47,923 bases of DNA, from positions 1 to 47,923 of IMG/VR virus record IMGVR_UViG_3300020045_001232; one strand, written 5' to 3'. Below the pieces are notes generated by a model. That model saw nothing but the letters and a program-made list of their open reading frames with translations. It ran no database searches and had not been told where the DNA came from. Position 1 is the first letter of the stretch, and each line of letters begins with the position of its first letter. This DNA comes from a virus. Its lineage: Duplodnaviria; Caudoviricetes. Positions 18,737 through 28,991 of the stretch are shown piece by piece. Both the position numbers and the translations under genes were made by a program.

Positions 18737-19707
18737 TGCAAACGATTGATACAGGTTATAGGCCGGATGGGGCACTTGGTGCCCTGTACGCTGGTCAGAA
18801 TGCTGCGAATGCTCAGAGTATGAATGACGAGGAATTAGCTAAACTATTCCTTGCCAATCAACAATCGATGCAAATGAATCCCCTAGATGTTATTGGTAAG
18901 CAACAACAGAATCAGGTTGGTGCTTATGATGCGGCTTTGGCACAAGCTAAGCAATCTAGTCCTAGTTATATCCCTATGGCCTTAGCTGGACAAGAGGGGC
19001 AGATGCAGAGTCAAATGACAGCAGCAGACTCTGGTAAAGCCTTGGCTCCGTTTAAAGTTGCAGCAGAACAATCAGGACTAGAGACAGAAAAGAATAAGCA
19101 AGGTGTCCTATGGACATTACAGGATCTGGATAAGCAACTAGCTGCTGGTGGTGGTATAGACGAGAGCGGTAATGTCACTCCATTCAATCCTATGCAGAAG
19201 ATGTTCATGCAGAACAAGCGGGCAGAACTTACGAATCAATTACAAACTACTCCTGAGTGGACTGGTAAGAAGGATATTAATGATGCAGACAATGCCACTA
19301 AACTTGCTATAGCTCAGTTACAAGCAGATGCTATGCGAGATCGGGCTGCTACTGCCGCTGGTCCTAAAACTCCTAAACCACCCACTACAGCGGAAGCTGC
19401 AATGACTCAGCAGATATTGGCTAATCCTAATATGGATGAGAATGAAAAGCATCAACTCCTACAAGAAATCTTTAATGCCAAACAACAGAATAAGAATGCT
19501 TCTGGATCAGATGTTGCTCTAGTCTTTGATGATAATGGGAAACTGAAGATGGGTCAGCGCGCGGTTAATGCCCCAGTGAAGCAAGTCTTACCAGTTGGTG
19601 GGCAAGTAAAAGAATTAAATGATAATGACAAGGCTGCTTTGGCTTGGGCAGAACAGAATCCCAATGATCCACGAGCAGCTAAAATTAAGACTAGACTAGG
19701 AAAATAA
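18736..19707 (+). CDS. Putative DNA ejection protein
   Basis: Q/A-rich helical protein ending ALAWAEQNPNDPRAAKIK. Confidence 0.6.
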   Translation: MQTIDTGYRPDGALGALYAGQNAANAQSMNDEELAKLFLANQQSMQMNPLDVIGKQQQNQVGAYDAALAQAKQSSPSYIPMALAGQEGQMQSQMTAADSGKALAPFKVAAEQSGLETEKNKQGVLWTLQDLDKQLAAGGGIDESGNVTPFNPMQKMFMQNKRAELTNQLQTTPEWTGKKDINDADNATKLAIAQLQADAMRDRAATAAGPKTPKPPTTAEAAMTQQILANPNMDENEKHQLLQEIFNAKQQNKNASGSDVALVFDDNGKLKMGQRAVNAPVKQVLPVGGQVKELNDNDKAALAWAEQNPNDPRAAKIKTRLGK

Positions 19708-19709
19708 TA

Positions 19710-22700
19710 ATGCCTTTTAATCCCGACGAGTATTTACAAGAGTTCGATCCTGATGCATATCTATCAGATTTTAATCCTGATACGTACTTGTCGGAGGCTA
19801 CCCATGCAGACAATGTGAGTAAGATTAATCCAGGTCTTGCTCCTATGTTGGATGAAATGATGGCAGCCCCACGGCAGGGTCTGGAGAAGGCTGTGGCTGG
19901 TTTTGCTCGCCTAGGGGCAGCAGGTGTAGGGAAGGCATATGAACTCGTCACTGGTGAGCAAGATACCACTACAGAGGCTACTAATAAACGTATTGCAGAT
20001 GTTACTGGTGTCTCTGACCACAAAGTAATGCAAACCATTCCAGGACAGGCAATAGAAACTGTTGCTAATGTCTTACCTATGGCAGCTAATGTACCTATCG
20101 GTATTGCTGGTGCTGCAACCATGTACAACGATCTTGTGGATGAATATACAGCCAAGGGTCTTCCTATCGGAGAGGCTCGTAAGCTGGCAGCAACAGAGAG
20201 TGCTGCTATGATTGCTGGTGGTGTTGGTGTTGGTAAGGTTGCTGGTAAAGTCTTGTCACCTGTCGTCGGTAAGATGGCAGGTGGTTTGATTGGTGGTGGT
20301 GCAGGATTCACTGGTGGTGTTGAAGCTGCTAGACAACTGCATAACACCATGACAGAAGATAGGCCAGAATTACAACAAGAGTTTGATCCTAAGAAAGCTG
20401 TCTCTAACTTCCTTGCTGGTGGTATGCTAGCAGCAGGGCATCCCTCTGTTAAACTCCGAGATAAAGTTGCTGAGAAAACTCCTAGTGTTGGAGTTGCTCC
20501 TGAGTTTATACCAGAGGCTAGTGGTATGTCTCGTGGTGAGTATGACATGCTTGCATCGTCTAGGAAGCTTCTAGAGGATAAGGCAACATCTATTAATAAC
20601 AAGATATCCGAGATTGAGCAGGTGGTTGGTAAGACAGGTGAGGCTACACAAGATCACGTACAGTCCCTCACTGTTCTTGAAGAGGCACTGAATAAAGTAG
20701 CAGATGATTTGGTTAAGCATGATAGTGCTATGTCTGGTGATGTCACTACCCAGATAGATACTGAGAAACAACTTGCACAGGACATACGTAAGCAAGAATT
20801 GATTGAACAGTTAAAAGCACGTAGAGCACCAGTAGAACAGCCATACGAACAGAATCTTCCTGTAGAACAGAAAGTATCACCAGTGGAGGTTGCACTGGAT
20901 AAGATTGGTGAAGCTAGTAAGGAGTCACCAGAACAAGTCTCTGATCGTATCTTAGATACAATAGATAAGCTTGATTCTATTAAAGATGAGCCACAAAATA
21001 GTTCTATCCGTGATAGTCTTAAACAAGAGATTGCTGCTTACGAAGCTATCCAACGTGGTGAGAAGCCAGATCTTAGTTGGTTTGAACCTAAACAAGAAGT
21101 AGAGATACAGAACAAGAAAGTACCTACTGCTGTAGAAGTTGCTAAGAAGTTTTCAGATCATAAGACTGTTGGTGATGTCTTAGAGACTATGAGTACAGAG
21201 AAACTTGGAACTCCTGGACAACGTATTCTAGTTGGTATCCTTAAGAAAGTTCCACGTGTCTTAGATGCTACATTTGCTGTTACAAAAGCAACAGTACAGA
21301 ACTCAGAAGGTAAATATGCTCGTGGGTTGTATAACTCTGCAACACATGGTATGGAAATACATGAGGGGGCAACTCTTCGTACAATCCTACACGAAGCTGT
21401 TCATGCTGCTACAGTAGCTCTACTAGATCAGAAGACTTCAGTATCTGCAAAGAAGATGATTCAAATCTTCAACGAGTATCGGGATACATACGCAACTACT
21501 TCTCTTAATCGTGCGGGTAAGATGCACTACGGTTTTACTAACGCTAAGGAGTTTATATCGGAGGCTCTGTCTAATCCAGAGTTTCAGAAGTTCTTATCTA
21601 GTATCAAGGTTAAGACTATTGATGCTAAACCAGAGAGTCTTTGGACAGCTTTAAAGAATGTTATTAAGTCTGGTCTTGGTGTGGAGAGGGAAGCACGTAC
21701 GGCTTTGGATGAGGTCTTAGAGGCTGGGCAAGATTTAATGGATGCCACAGCCAAACGTCCTGATACCTTCTTCCAGAAACTTTCAGAGAAACGGAAGAGT
21801 AAGTCACCTGACTTCTCTATAGAGGATGCCCCTACAGGCAAACAGATTAGATCTTTTATAGGTCGCAAGATGTTTGGTATGAACACCTACGAAGGCTTCT
21901 TTAGAGATCATCCTATGGTTCAGAAGGGTTTCAGAGAAATTCGTAATTCCTCAGAACAAGCAGATAAGATTCAGAATGCTTTGTGGCATGGTAATCCAGA
22001 TATTAAACAAATGGGTTTCATGGACACACTGAGCAAGGTTAAGAATAAGGGTAGTGCCATCATTGCAGTGATGACTACTTCTAATAAAGATATGGCTGCT
22101 GTGCATGACTTGTTTAAACGTGGTTTTGATGAAGGGAAAGATACAGAAATTAAAACAGAGGCAGAGGCTCTTGCTATATATGACGAGAACCTCTTGAAAA
22201 ATGGTGGACATTTAACTCCAGAACAAATAAAAACATACAAAACTCTGTCTAAATTATTTTTTAATATGTATTCAAAGACAGTTACTGTACAAAGACAACT
22301 AGGTAAGAAACATGAACTTCCATATCGTGCTGGTTGGTATCCTGCAAAACGTAGTGGTAACTTCTCGATAGAGATTTCGTTTAACAGTAATAACGTCCAC
22401 ATAGAAACCTTTAAAACTAGACAAGCTGCTGAGATCTTCCGTCGTAAACTTACTGATGGTACTAACCTAAAGCATCTAGAAATATCAGATGTATTAGATG
22501 CCAGTAAGAAAGAAGAGAGACAACCTAATAAAGAGATGGCAGATATTATTGGGGATGTATTAGAAAAGAAGTATGCAACAGCAGGATCACAACTTAAAGC
22601 CGACATAGATAAGCTTGTTCTTTCTATGCAGACTCGTGGTGGTAAGCTTGGGTATCATCATCAACATCGTGCTAACGTTCCAGGTTATCATGGATCTGAG

Positions 22701-24518
22701 TTGTTCTTAGATCAAGAGAAACTTGGTAGTTCTTTCAAAGAGGGGATACAAGGAGAAGTTAATAACTTTGGTATGAATCTTCGTACTCTTATGGTTAAAC
22801 ATACGGTAGAGCCTATGCTGGATGATGTTACTTTCAAGGATGGTGATCCAGTAGGTCATGCAGCTTTAAAGCAAATGTTTGATAGTTCTCTTGGTCGTAA
22901 TGAGGATTTCTTAGAGACTAAGATGGGTGTTAATAAAGTAGATCATGTTATAGATAAAGTCGTCAGCAAGGTGATGCTAAAGACCCTAGGGCGTGAGTTC
23001 CAGGGTAAGGAAGGTAGTGCTACCAGCAGAGCTACAAACACGGCTATGCGGGTATTCTACGCAACTAAGATGATGGCTAAACCAATCTTTGTTCTTGGTC
23101 AGGTTCTTACTACACCATTTATCATTCCTGAACTTGCTCGTGATGGTCATATGCTTCGCTCTTTCTATTCTTTTGGTAAAGGAACTCTTAATCTGTTGTC
23201 TGGTAATAAGGAGTTGCTGGATCACTTGAAGGAAGTTTCACAAGAGTATAATGTCACAGAAGCACAGTATCTAGAATCCATGAATCTGGATAAGCACTCG
23301 GGTCGTGAGGGAAAGATTGAAAAGAGTCTTAACTTCATCGAGGATTATGCGTTACTTGGCAAGCTTGGTAAAGGCGGTGATTCTTTATCTAGATTGGTGT
23401 CGTATGCTACAGCTTACACACACTATACTGATCTAGGATTGTCTAAGACAGAGGCATCATATCAAGCACGCCTTGCTACAGATAAGGCAATGAATGTATA
23501 TGACTCGTCTAGTTCAGCACCTATGTTTGAAAATCTTGGATTCATCGGACATGGGATGAAGCCTTTAAGTTCCTTTGGTTTGAATCAGTTGGGTAATGTG
23601 GTGACATACTTTAAGGCCGCTAAACATGGTGATGTTGCCCCCATGATTGCTTATGGGTTAGTTGCAACCGCAATGGGCGGTGTCATGAGTTTACCATTCA
23701 TCCAAGAGTATGAAAGATTTAGACAGGTAGCAGAAAGATTCTATAACCTGCATATCCCATCTATCCTTGAAATCTTCTCTGGAGATGAGTCTTTCTTAGA
23801 TCGTTTAAACATTACATCACAGGATAGTAAAGATGTTGCTTTGTATGGTCTTCCTGCATTAACTGGTATTGACTTATCCTCGTCGATGAGATCTAATGAG
23901 ACATTACTATCTATGGTTGCTGCAATTGCTTTGGGTCAAGAGGATGCTATTAAACTCTTCCCCCTGATTGGGGCTACCACGGACACAGTGAAAGGTCTTG
24001 CACAAATCCCAGCCACTATGGCCGGTCGCAATTCTGTAGGAGAAGGGAAGGCTGCTATCGACAGTTTAATCACTGGTCCGATAGGTTATGGAGCAAAAGA
24101 ACTTGCTGGTGTAAACACTACTAGAAGTTTAGGTGAGAACACTGGTATGATTGCTACAGGTAGGGCAGGTGATGCGGATATGCCTAGAACTAAGACAGAT
24201 GTGTTAGCTGGATTCTTAGGTGGTCGTTCGATTGAACAACGAAGAGGAGACCAACAGATCTTTGAACAAACTGCTAGGGATAAGGTTAAACAACAGAAAA
24301 TACAAAACAATGTTAATATGTTAGTGGAGTCTGGAGATCAACGGTATATTGATAAGTTGATAGATCTTGGAGTTACAGCAGATCAAATTACATCTGGTAT
24401 TAAGAGTGGTGTTTACAATAAGAATGTTGATCAGTATTTAAGATTCTTTAGAAATCAATCTGGTCATATTGACAAACAGAAAGCTCTTAACACTATTAAC
24501 TTTGGGATCAAGAAATGA
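19710..24518 (+). CDS. Large internal virion/ejection protein with a zincin-like motif
   Basis: 1602 aa; GLYN...LHEAVHAAT...EFISEA; glycine-rich hydrophobic helices; typical podovirus position. Confidence 0.7.
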   Translation: MPFNPDEYLQEFDPDAYLSDFNPDTYLSEATHADNVSKINPGLAPMLDEMMAAPRQGLEKAVAGFARLGAAGVGKAYELVTGEQDTTTEATNKRIADVTGVSDHKVMQTIPGQAIETVANVLPMAANVPIGIAGAATMYNDLVDEYTAKGLPIGEARKLAATESAAMIAGGVGVGKVAGKVLSPVVGKMAGGLIGGGAGFTGGVEAARQLHNTMTEDRPELQQEFDPKKAVSNFLAGGMLAAGHPSVKLRDKVAEKTPSVGVAPEFIPEASGMSRGEYDMLASSRKLLEDKATSINNKISEIEQVVGKTGEATQDHVQSLTVLEEALNKVADDLVKHDSAMSGDVTTQIDTEKQLAQDIRKQELIEQLKARRAPVEQPYEQNLPVEQKVSPVEVALDKIGEASKESPEQVSDRILDTIDKLDSIKDEPQNSSIRDSLKQEIAAYEAIQRGEKPDLSWFEPKQEVEIQNKKVPTAVEVAKKFSDHKTVGDVLETMSTEKLGTPGQRILVGILKKVPRVLDATFAVTKATVQNSEGKYARGLYNSATHGMEIHEGATLRTILHEAVHAATVALLDQKTSVSAKKMIQIFNEYRDTYATTSLNRAGKMHYGFTNAKEFISEALSNPEFQKFLSSIKVKTIDAKPESLWTALKNVIKSGLGVEREARTALDEVLEAGQDLMDATAKRPDTFFQKLSEKRKSKSPDFSIEDAPTGKQIRSFIGRKMFGMNTYEGFFRDHPMVQKGFREIRNSSEQADKIQNALWHGNPDIKQMGFMDTLSKVKNKGSAIIAVMTTSNKDMAAVHDLFKRGFDEGKDTEIKTEAEALAIYDENLLKNGGHLTPEQIKTYKTLSKLFFNMYSKTVTVQRQLGKKHELPYRAGWYPAKRSGNFSIEISFNSNNVHIETFKTRQAAEIFRRKLTDGTNLKHLEISDVLDASKKEERQPNKEMADIIGDVLEKKYATAGSQLKADIDKLVLSMQTRGGKLGYHHQHRANVPGYHGSELFLDQEKLGSSFKEGIQGEVNNFGMNLRTLMVKHTVEPMLDDVTFKDGDPVGHAALKQMFDSSLGRNEDFLETKMGVNKVDHVIDKVVSKVMLKTLGREFQGKEGSATSRATNTAMRVFYATKMMAKPIFVLGQVLTTPFIIPELARDGHMLRSFYSFGKGTLNLLSGNKELLDHLKEVSQEYNVTEAQYLESMNLDKHSGREGKIEKSLNFIEDYALLGKLGKGGDSLSRLVSYATAYTHYTDLGLSKTEASYQARLATDKAMNVYDSSSSAPMFENLGFIGHGMKPLSSFGLNQLGNVVTYFKAAKHGDVAPMIAYGLVATAMGGVMSLPFIQEYERFRQVAERFYNLHIPSILEIFSGDESFLDRLNITSQDSKDVALYGLPALTGIDLSSSMRSNETLLSMVAAIALGQEDAIKLFPLIGATTDTVKGLAQIPATMAGRNSVGEGKAAIDSLITGPIGYGAKELAGVNTTRSLGENTGMIATGRAGDADMPRTKTDVLAGFLGGRSIEQRRGDQQIFEQTARDKVKQQKIQNNVNMLVESGDQRYIDKLIDLGVTADQITSGIKSGVYNKNVDQYLRFFRNQSGHIDKQKALNTINFGIKK

Positions 24519-25027
24519 GATATGATGAGTGTTTGAAGTTCATCTTAAAAGCTGAGGGAGGTTACGTCAATGATCCAACAGATCGTGGCGGAGCCACCAA
24601 CAAAGGCATCACCCAACGCACGTACAACGCCTGGCTTACAGCCCGGCAGTTGCCCTTGCAGTCGGTTGCTGACATCACTGACGACGACGTATCGGACATA
24701 TATAAGGACAACTACTGGGTGGAACTACCTAGGTTGTTAGATCTGTGTGTGTTCGATGCTGCTGTTCAACATGGTAGATCGAAAGCCATTAAGTTTTTAC
24801 AACAAGTGGTTGGTAGTCCTAGTGACGGTGTATGTGGTAAGAACACATTGTACGCTGTTAATACCTACATCCTTAGTCATGGTATCAAAGAGTTGTTAGA
24901 AGCTTACCTGAGGCTACGCAGAGCCTTCTATAAGGCTATCGTAGTAAATGATCCAACTCAACAGCACTTTGCTAGGGGTTGGGAGAATCGTGTAGTACAT
25001 TTAGAAGGGGTATTATATGGGGTGTAA
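24515..25027 (+). CDS. Endolysin, glycoside hydrolase family 108
   Basis: EGGYVNDPTDRGGATNKGIT catalytic motif, FDAAVQHG, LQ...DG-x-x-G-x-x-T, F-x-RGW-x-NR. Confidence 0.93.
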   Translation: MRYDECLKFILKAEGGYVNDPTDRGGATNKGITQRTYNAWLTARQLPLQSVADITDDDVSDIYKDNYWVELPRLLDLCVFDAAVQHGRSKAIKFLQQVVGSPSDGVCGKNTLYAVNTYILSHGIKELLEAYLRLRRAFYKAIVVNDPTQQHFARGWENRVVHLEGVLYGV

Positions 25028-25063
25028 AAAAGGCGGCGGCAAACGGAAGTAAACTTCCTAAGT

Positions 25064-25104
25064 AAAAAGAAAGCCCGGTTACTCATTACGAGTCCGGGCT
25101 TTTT
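25064..25104. terminator. Bidirectional intrinsic terminator between the convergent arms
   Basis: A-tract, AAAGCCCGG...CCGGGCTTT stem with inner ACTC/GAGT pairing, T-tract. Confidence 0.85.
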
Positions 25105-25458
25105 CACATCTAAATTACTTCAAGTTCTTTCATGAACATCCAAACTTCCATATCAATTGCAACTTGCAGTTCAAACAATTCGTTCATTTAGTTACCTTAA
25201 ATTTACCAACAAAAATCCTAATGATCAACAGATCAATTACCAGGATGTTATCATCCCAGAGATACTCAATACCAAACATCATACCACTAATTACTGTACC
25301 TTTAATGAACATTGGATTCTTGAATTATTGTAGTGGGAGTCTCTAATTTCCAATGAAACCCAATAGGATTTTGTTTTACATCAGTACTACCTGGTAAAGT
25401 GGATACATACCCTTGTCCTGTTTGATATTCATTCTCATATATCATTTGATCATAGAAC

Positions 25459-27105
25459 TTAACTTCCACACGTTCCTCCTTTTCCACTAATACTGCAAAT
25501 ATCATTCTCCTCATATACAGTACCCTTATGCTTCATTGCTTCACTGTAGGATACTTCTGTCAAGGGTTGACCTCCTCGACTTCCATCCGGATAACATGTA
25601 AACCCTCTAAGTCTTGGAGCGTATTGTGACAAGCAGTTAGTAAATCTTTGCACCGTATCCTCACAATTATCTTTCGTTCCCCAAGAGGGTAAGTTGATGG
25701 TGGAACTGATAGACATGTCAACGTAATCTTGAATATCTGCTTGGAAAGCAATTCGCTGTTCATAATTATGACTTAGTTTGTAGGCTGTATCTATTGTATC
25801 TGGATCAAGCCCATGTTGTTTAATAAGAGTATCAGCCGTACTATCTACGACGTACTCATATTTCCACTTTGTTCCGTCAGTGAGGTAACGGCGTTTGTAA
25901 GCCACTGCAAACAAAGGTTCGATGCCTGTAGTTGTTCCTGCAAGAATACCAATGCTTCCTGTGGGGGCAATTGCTCGATAAGCGACTGGATTTGAGATGT
26001 ATAGATGGTTACAGTGTTCATCTGCTGCTCGTTTGGATTCATCTTTATAGACCTTTAACCATTGATGTAATTCTTCCGTTACTTCATATCCGGCTTTTTG
26101 TTGCAGGAGCCACTCGTGAATTCCCATAAGTCCAAGTCCGAGACGGCGATTTTTCTGCCTAACTGTATAGACTTTTTCATAAGGTAAATCCGCACGCAAT
26201 GTTCCGCATACCAGGAATTTGCTCGCAAGGGTGACAACATCCCTGAATTCTTCCAGAGATTGAATATTGCCAAGATTGATGCTACCAAGATTGCATACGT
26301 CAGAATCATCTTCGCTAGTAACCTCTGTACAAGCGTTTCGCAAGGTTTCATCTTGTTTATCCCCAAAGTTAAAGCTAAAGCCAGGTTCACCCGTCATCAT
26401 TGCTTGACGACAATTCTCTTTAAATGTATGAAGGTTACTACGATCCGCATTGTACAACCATTTATCATCATAGTTGATACTAATGTTAGTCATATCCAAC
26501 ATAGCAGGGAAGTTGAAGTCTTTAGCTTTAGCTGCCTTTACATCATCTGACCAATTCTTAACTTTGAGGAAGTCTGGGATATCTTCGTGAAGCCAATTGA
26601 GCGAGGCGTAAATTGCAGAACGCCTGCTACCTCCTTGCATGACACTTCGACCGATTTCATTAATTGCCGACATGAGTGGGATAGGGCCACTGCTTGTTCC
26701 CCCTGTCCTGGATAAAGGTTTACCTGATGGTCGTAAGCGCGAATAATCGTTTCCAATGCCGCCTCCTGTGGTAAGACAGTTAGTTGCTTTCCATGCTGTA
26801 TCTGCCCAATCCTGCCGGGTATCCTCTTCACTTCTTAGTAGGTAACAGTTATTGTAAAACTTAGCGGGACGACCGGCGTAGTATAAGTATCGTCCGCCCG
26901 GAAGAAACCGCATAGTTTTAATATATTCTGTAAGTTGGCTTCGATCTCCTTCTGACATAAGGGGTGCCACGGTTCCCCAACGGCTACCACACACGTCTTC
27001 AACGAGCCGTTCGGCAAGCGCATCCCACGTATCGTTGCTTCCTTGAGCATACTTATTCCTAAAGATGTTAGCTGCAAAGCTAGTCTTGAATCGATTTATT
27101 TGCAT
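25459..27105 (-). CDS. nrdJ: Class II (B12-dependent) ribonucleotide reductase
   Basis: FLPGGR, NNC, GG-x-RRSA, NACTE, CNLGSIN, RRLGLG, APTG, SISSTIN, C-terminal Cys pair; no NrdB gene in the window. Confidence 0.85.
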   Translation of the reverse strand: MQINRFKTSFAANIFRNKYAQGSNDTWDALAERLVEDVCGSRWGTVAPLMSEGDRSQLTEYIKTMRFLPGGRYLYYAGRPAKFYNNCYLLRSEEDTRQDWADTAWKATNCLTTGGGIGNDYSRLRPSGKPLSRTGGTSSGPIPLMSAINEIGRSVMQGGSRRSAIYASLNWLHEDIPDFLKVKNWSDDVKAAKAKDFNFPAMLDMTNISINYDDKWLYNADRSNLHTFKENCRQAMMTGEPGFSFNFGDKQDETLRNACTEVTSEDDSDVCNLGSINLGNIQSLEEFRDVVTLASKFLVCGTLRADLPYEKVYTVRQKNRRLGLGLMGIHEWLLQQKAGYEVTEELHQWLKVYKDESKRAADEHCNHLYISNPVAYRAIAPTGSIGILAGTTTGIEPLFAVAYKRRYLTDGTKWKYEYVVDSTADTLIKQHGLDPDTIDTAYKLSHNYEQRIAFQADIQDYVDMSISSTINLPSWGTKDNCEDTVQRFTNCLSQYAPRLRGFTCYPDGSRGGQPLTEVSYSEAMKHKGTVYEENDICSISGKGGTCGS

Positions 27106-27337
27106 AATCCTTTAATTCTTTTAATTGTTCTTTTTGTTTTGTTGCATTCTTTAATACCTTCTTAACTAAAGATGCCTTACGTTCAAGATACTCTTGTTTC
27201 TTCTTCGACAAGCTCATCAAATTTATCTTCTATCTTATCATCAAACCTGTCTACAATCTCTTCGGAAGTAATCTCCAACTTATCAACCAATGTAGCTGGA
27301 TCATAATCTACTAGGATTGTGTTTAATTCTTCTGGTG

Positions 27338-27712
27338 TCATTTCTTAAATCCAGTTACGATACGTTGACCAAAGAGAAAACCAAAAGCAATGTTTGCACC
27401 CTCAAGACCGATAGCTTTGATGGCAGCATCAACTCCACTAAAGGCAAGACCAACACCACCCAGAATGACAGTGAAGGCAGCTAGGTAACGCGCAGAGGCA
27501 CGCAAGTCAACTACCCATTGGCTAGGTGTACCAACAGGAGTATCAAGGGCAGCAACAGCCCCCATGCGACGAATCTCTTGCTCATCTAGTTGAATCTGTT
27601 CGGCCACAGTAGTAGGTTTAACACCACCCACTAAGACATTAATACCTTGTTTAATCCCTTCTACACCAACTGGAACTAGTGCAGATAGAAGAGTTGTAAG
27701 TAAAAGACTCAT
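27338..27712 (-). CDS. Membrane protein, putative holin (3TM/GTA-holin-like)
   Basis: S-x-WV-x-x-LR-x-x-x-R before the TM helices and a terminal GFLFG-x-R...K motif. Confidence 0.5.
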   Translation of the reverse strand: MSLLLTTLLSALVPVGVEGIKQGINVLVGGVKPTTVAEQIQLDEQEIRRMGAVAALDTPVGTPSQWVVDLRASARYLAAFTVILGGVGLAFSGVDAAIKAIGLEGANIAFGFLFGQRIVTGFKK

Positions 27713-27870
27713 GCCTCTTCTCCATATATATCTGAATAAGATTCATCATCCGTATCATCTTCATCGTAATCATATCCAGACCAATTATCTACTCCAGCAT
27801 TTCGTAATCTTTGTAATTCTTTTTCATCTGCTAGTAGACTTTTATAACGATCTTCCGTAATAGTGATCAT
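27709..27870 (-). CDS. 53-aa acidic hypothetical protein (not in the ORF track)
   Basis: MITITEDRY...AGVDNWSGY..., with ATGA overlaps at both ends. Confidence 0.65.
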   Translation of the reverse strand: MITITEDRYKSLLADEKELQRLRNAGVDNWSGYDYDEDDTDDESYSDIYGEEA

Positions 27871-28430
27871 TCCATAACCTCAAATAATAGTGGACAATGT
27901 TCCGCTAATGTGTTGTTAATTCTAATTGCCACAGATCGAATTTCTTGTTGTGCATCCTTACCACTACGCAAAGCAATGAAATCTTTCCATGCTTGAAAGT
28001 TACCAGTAACTACAAGTTCTGTCTGAATCCCAGCAGAGAGAACAAAGCGTGCATCTTCTTTCTTCATTCCTTGTTTAATAAGAGATTCGTAGACATTCAT
28101 TGCATATTGGTAAGCAATAGAGATTTGATAATCCAAGGATGTTTTTGGATAGACAAAACCTACTTCAGATTGATTGACATAACGCTGAGATTGTTGTAGA
28201 AATTCTAAGTGCTTACTACGAACAAACTGATGTGAACAGATACGAGAGATACCAGTAACATGAAATGTTGCTGTAGCAAAGCGTAGGGTGGCAAGATGCC
28301 CCCTATCAAGGCACGAGACTGCCCGCTTTGTATTAGCCTCTACTGTCCGTTTGGAGTTGTAGCAAATGCCACTACAATCGCCAATAAAATTAGTAGCATC
28401 ATCAGTCAGCTTTAATAATTCGATCTTCAT
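27867..28430 (-). CDS. thyX: Flavin-dependent thymidylate synthase
   Basis: GH, ISR-x-x-SHQFVR, Q-x-SQRY, EDAR, AQ-x-EIR. The RHR motif is degenerate (RSK). Confidence 0.88.
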   Translation of the reverse strand: MKIELLKLTDDATNFIGDCSGICYNSKRTVEANTKRAVSCLDRGHLATLRFATATFHVTGISRICSHQFVRSKHLEFLQQSQRYVNQSEVGFVYPKTSLDYQISIAYQYAMNVYESLIKQGMKKEDARFVLSAGIQTELVVTGNFQAWKDFIALRSGKDAQQEIRSVAIRINNTLAEHCPLLFEVME

Positions 28431-28752
28431 TATTATCTCCAGAGCCTCGAATCACCTTCTGTTTAGCACGTTCTTGCAATTTGTTGTAATTATATTCGGC
28501 TACTTGTTCCAAATCTACACCAACGTTATCACAGATACGAGCAAGATACCAAAGAACATCACCAATTTCTGCCAAGAAAGCTTCTGGTGGAACAACATCA
28601 CCACGGATAATCTTCTTCAACTTACCAGAAACTTCACCAGCTTCTGATGTCAATCCATGTACAAGATAATTAATCTCTTGGAAGCCATGCTCACCTGCTC
28701 CTGGGTAGACAGCAGTATCAAGGGTACGACGCTGATATTCAATAATGTTCAT
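28402..28752 (-). CDS. MazG-like NTP pyrophosphohydrolase
   Basis: GL-x-SEAGEV...EIGDVLWY...N-x-x-KL...GSGD. Confidence 0.88.
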   Translation of the reverse strand: MNIIEYQRRTLDTAVYPGAGEHGFQEINYLVHGLTSEAGEVSGKLKKIIRGDVVPPEAFLAEIGDVLWYLARICDNVGVDLEQVAEYNYNKLQERAKQKVIRGSGDNNEDRIIKAD

Positions 28753-28991
28753 TCTTTCCCTTCTAACTCGATTAAAAGATTTATAAAGTGTTTTGCTTTC
28801 TCTAAATCTGCCTTACCATTCTTTAGTCTCCAACGAGTAACATACTTAATAATATTCCCTTCAATGAAAGGAATATTATTTGCATGTATATACTCTACTG
28901 GTTGGATAACAAAATCCTTATAATGATTTCCACCTATCTGAATAGATAGACTAGAATCTGTCTGTAATTTTTCCGTAGTCATAGCCTTCAT
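28749..28991 (-). CDS. DUF3310 family (T7 gp1.7-like) protein
   Basis: QIGGNHY, IQP, GNIIKY-x-x-R-x-x-x-KNG-x-x-DL-x-KA. Confidence 0.85.
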   Translation of the reverse strand: MKAMTTEKLQTDSSLSIQIGGNHYKDFVIQPVEYIHANNIPFIEGNIIKYVTRWRLKNGKADLEKAKHFINLLIELEGKE

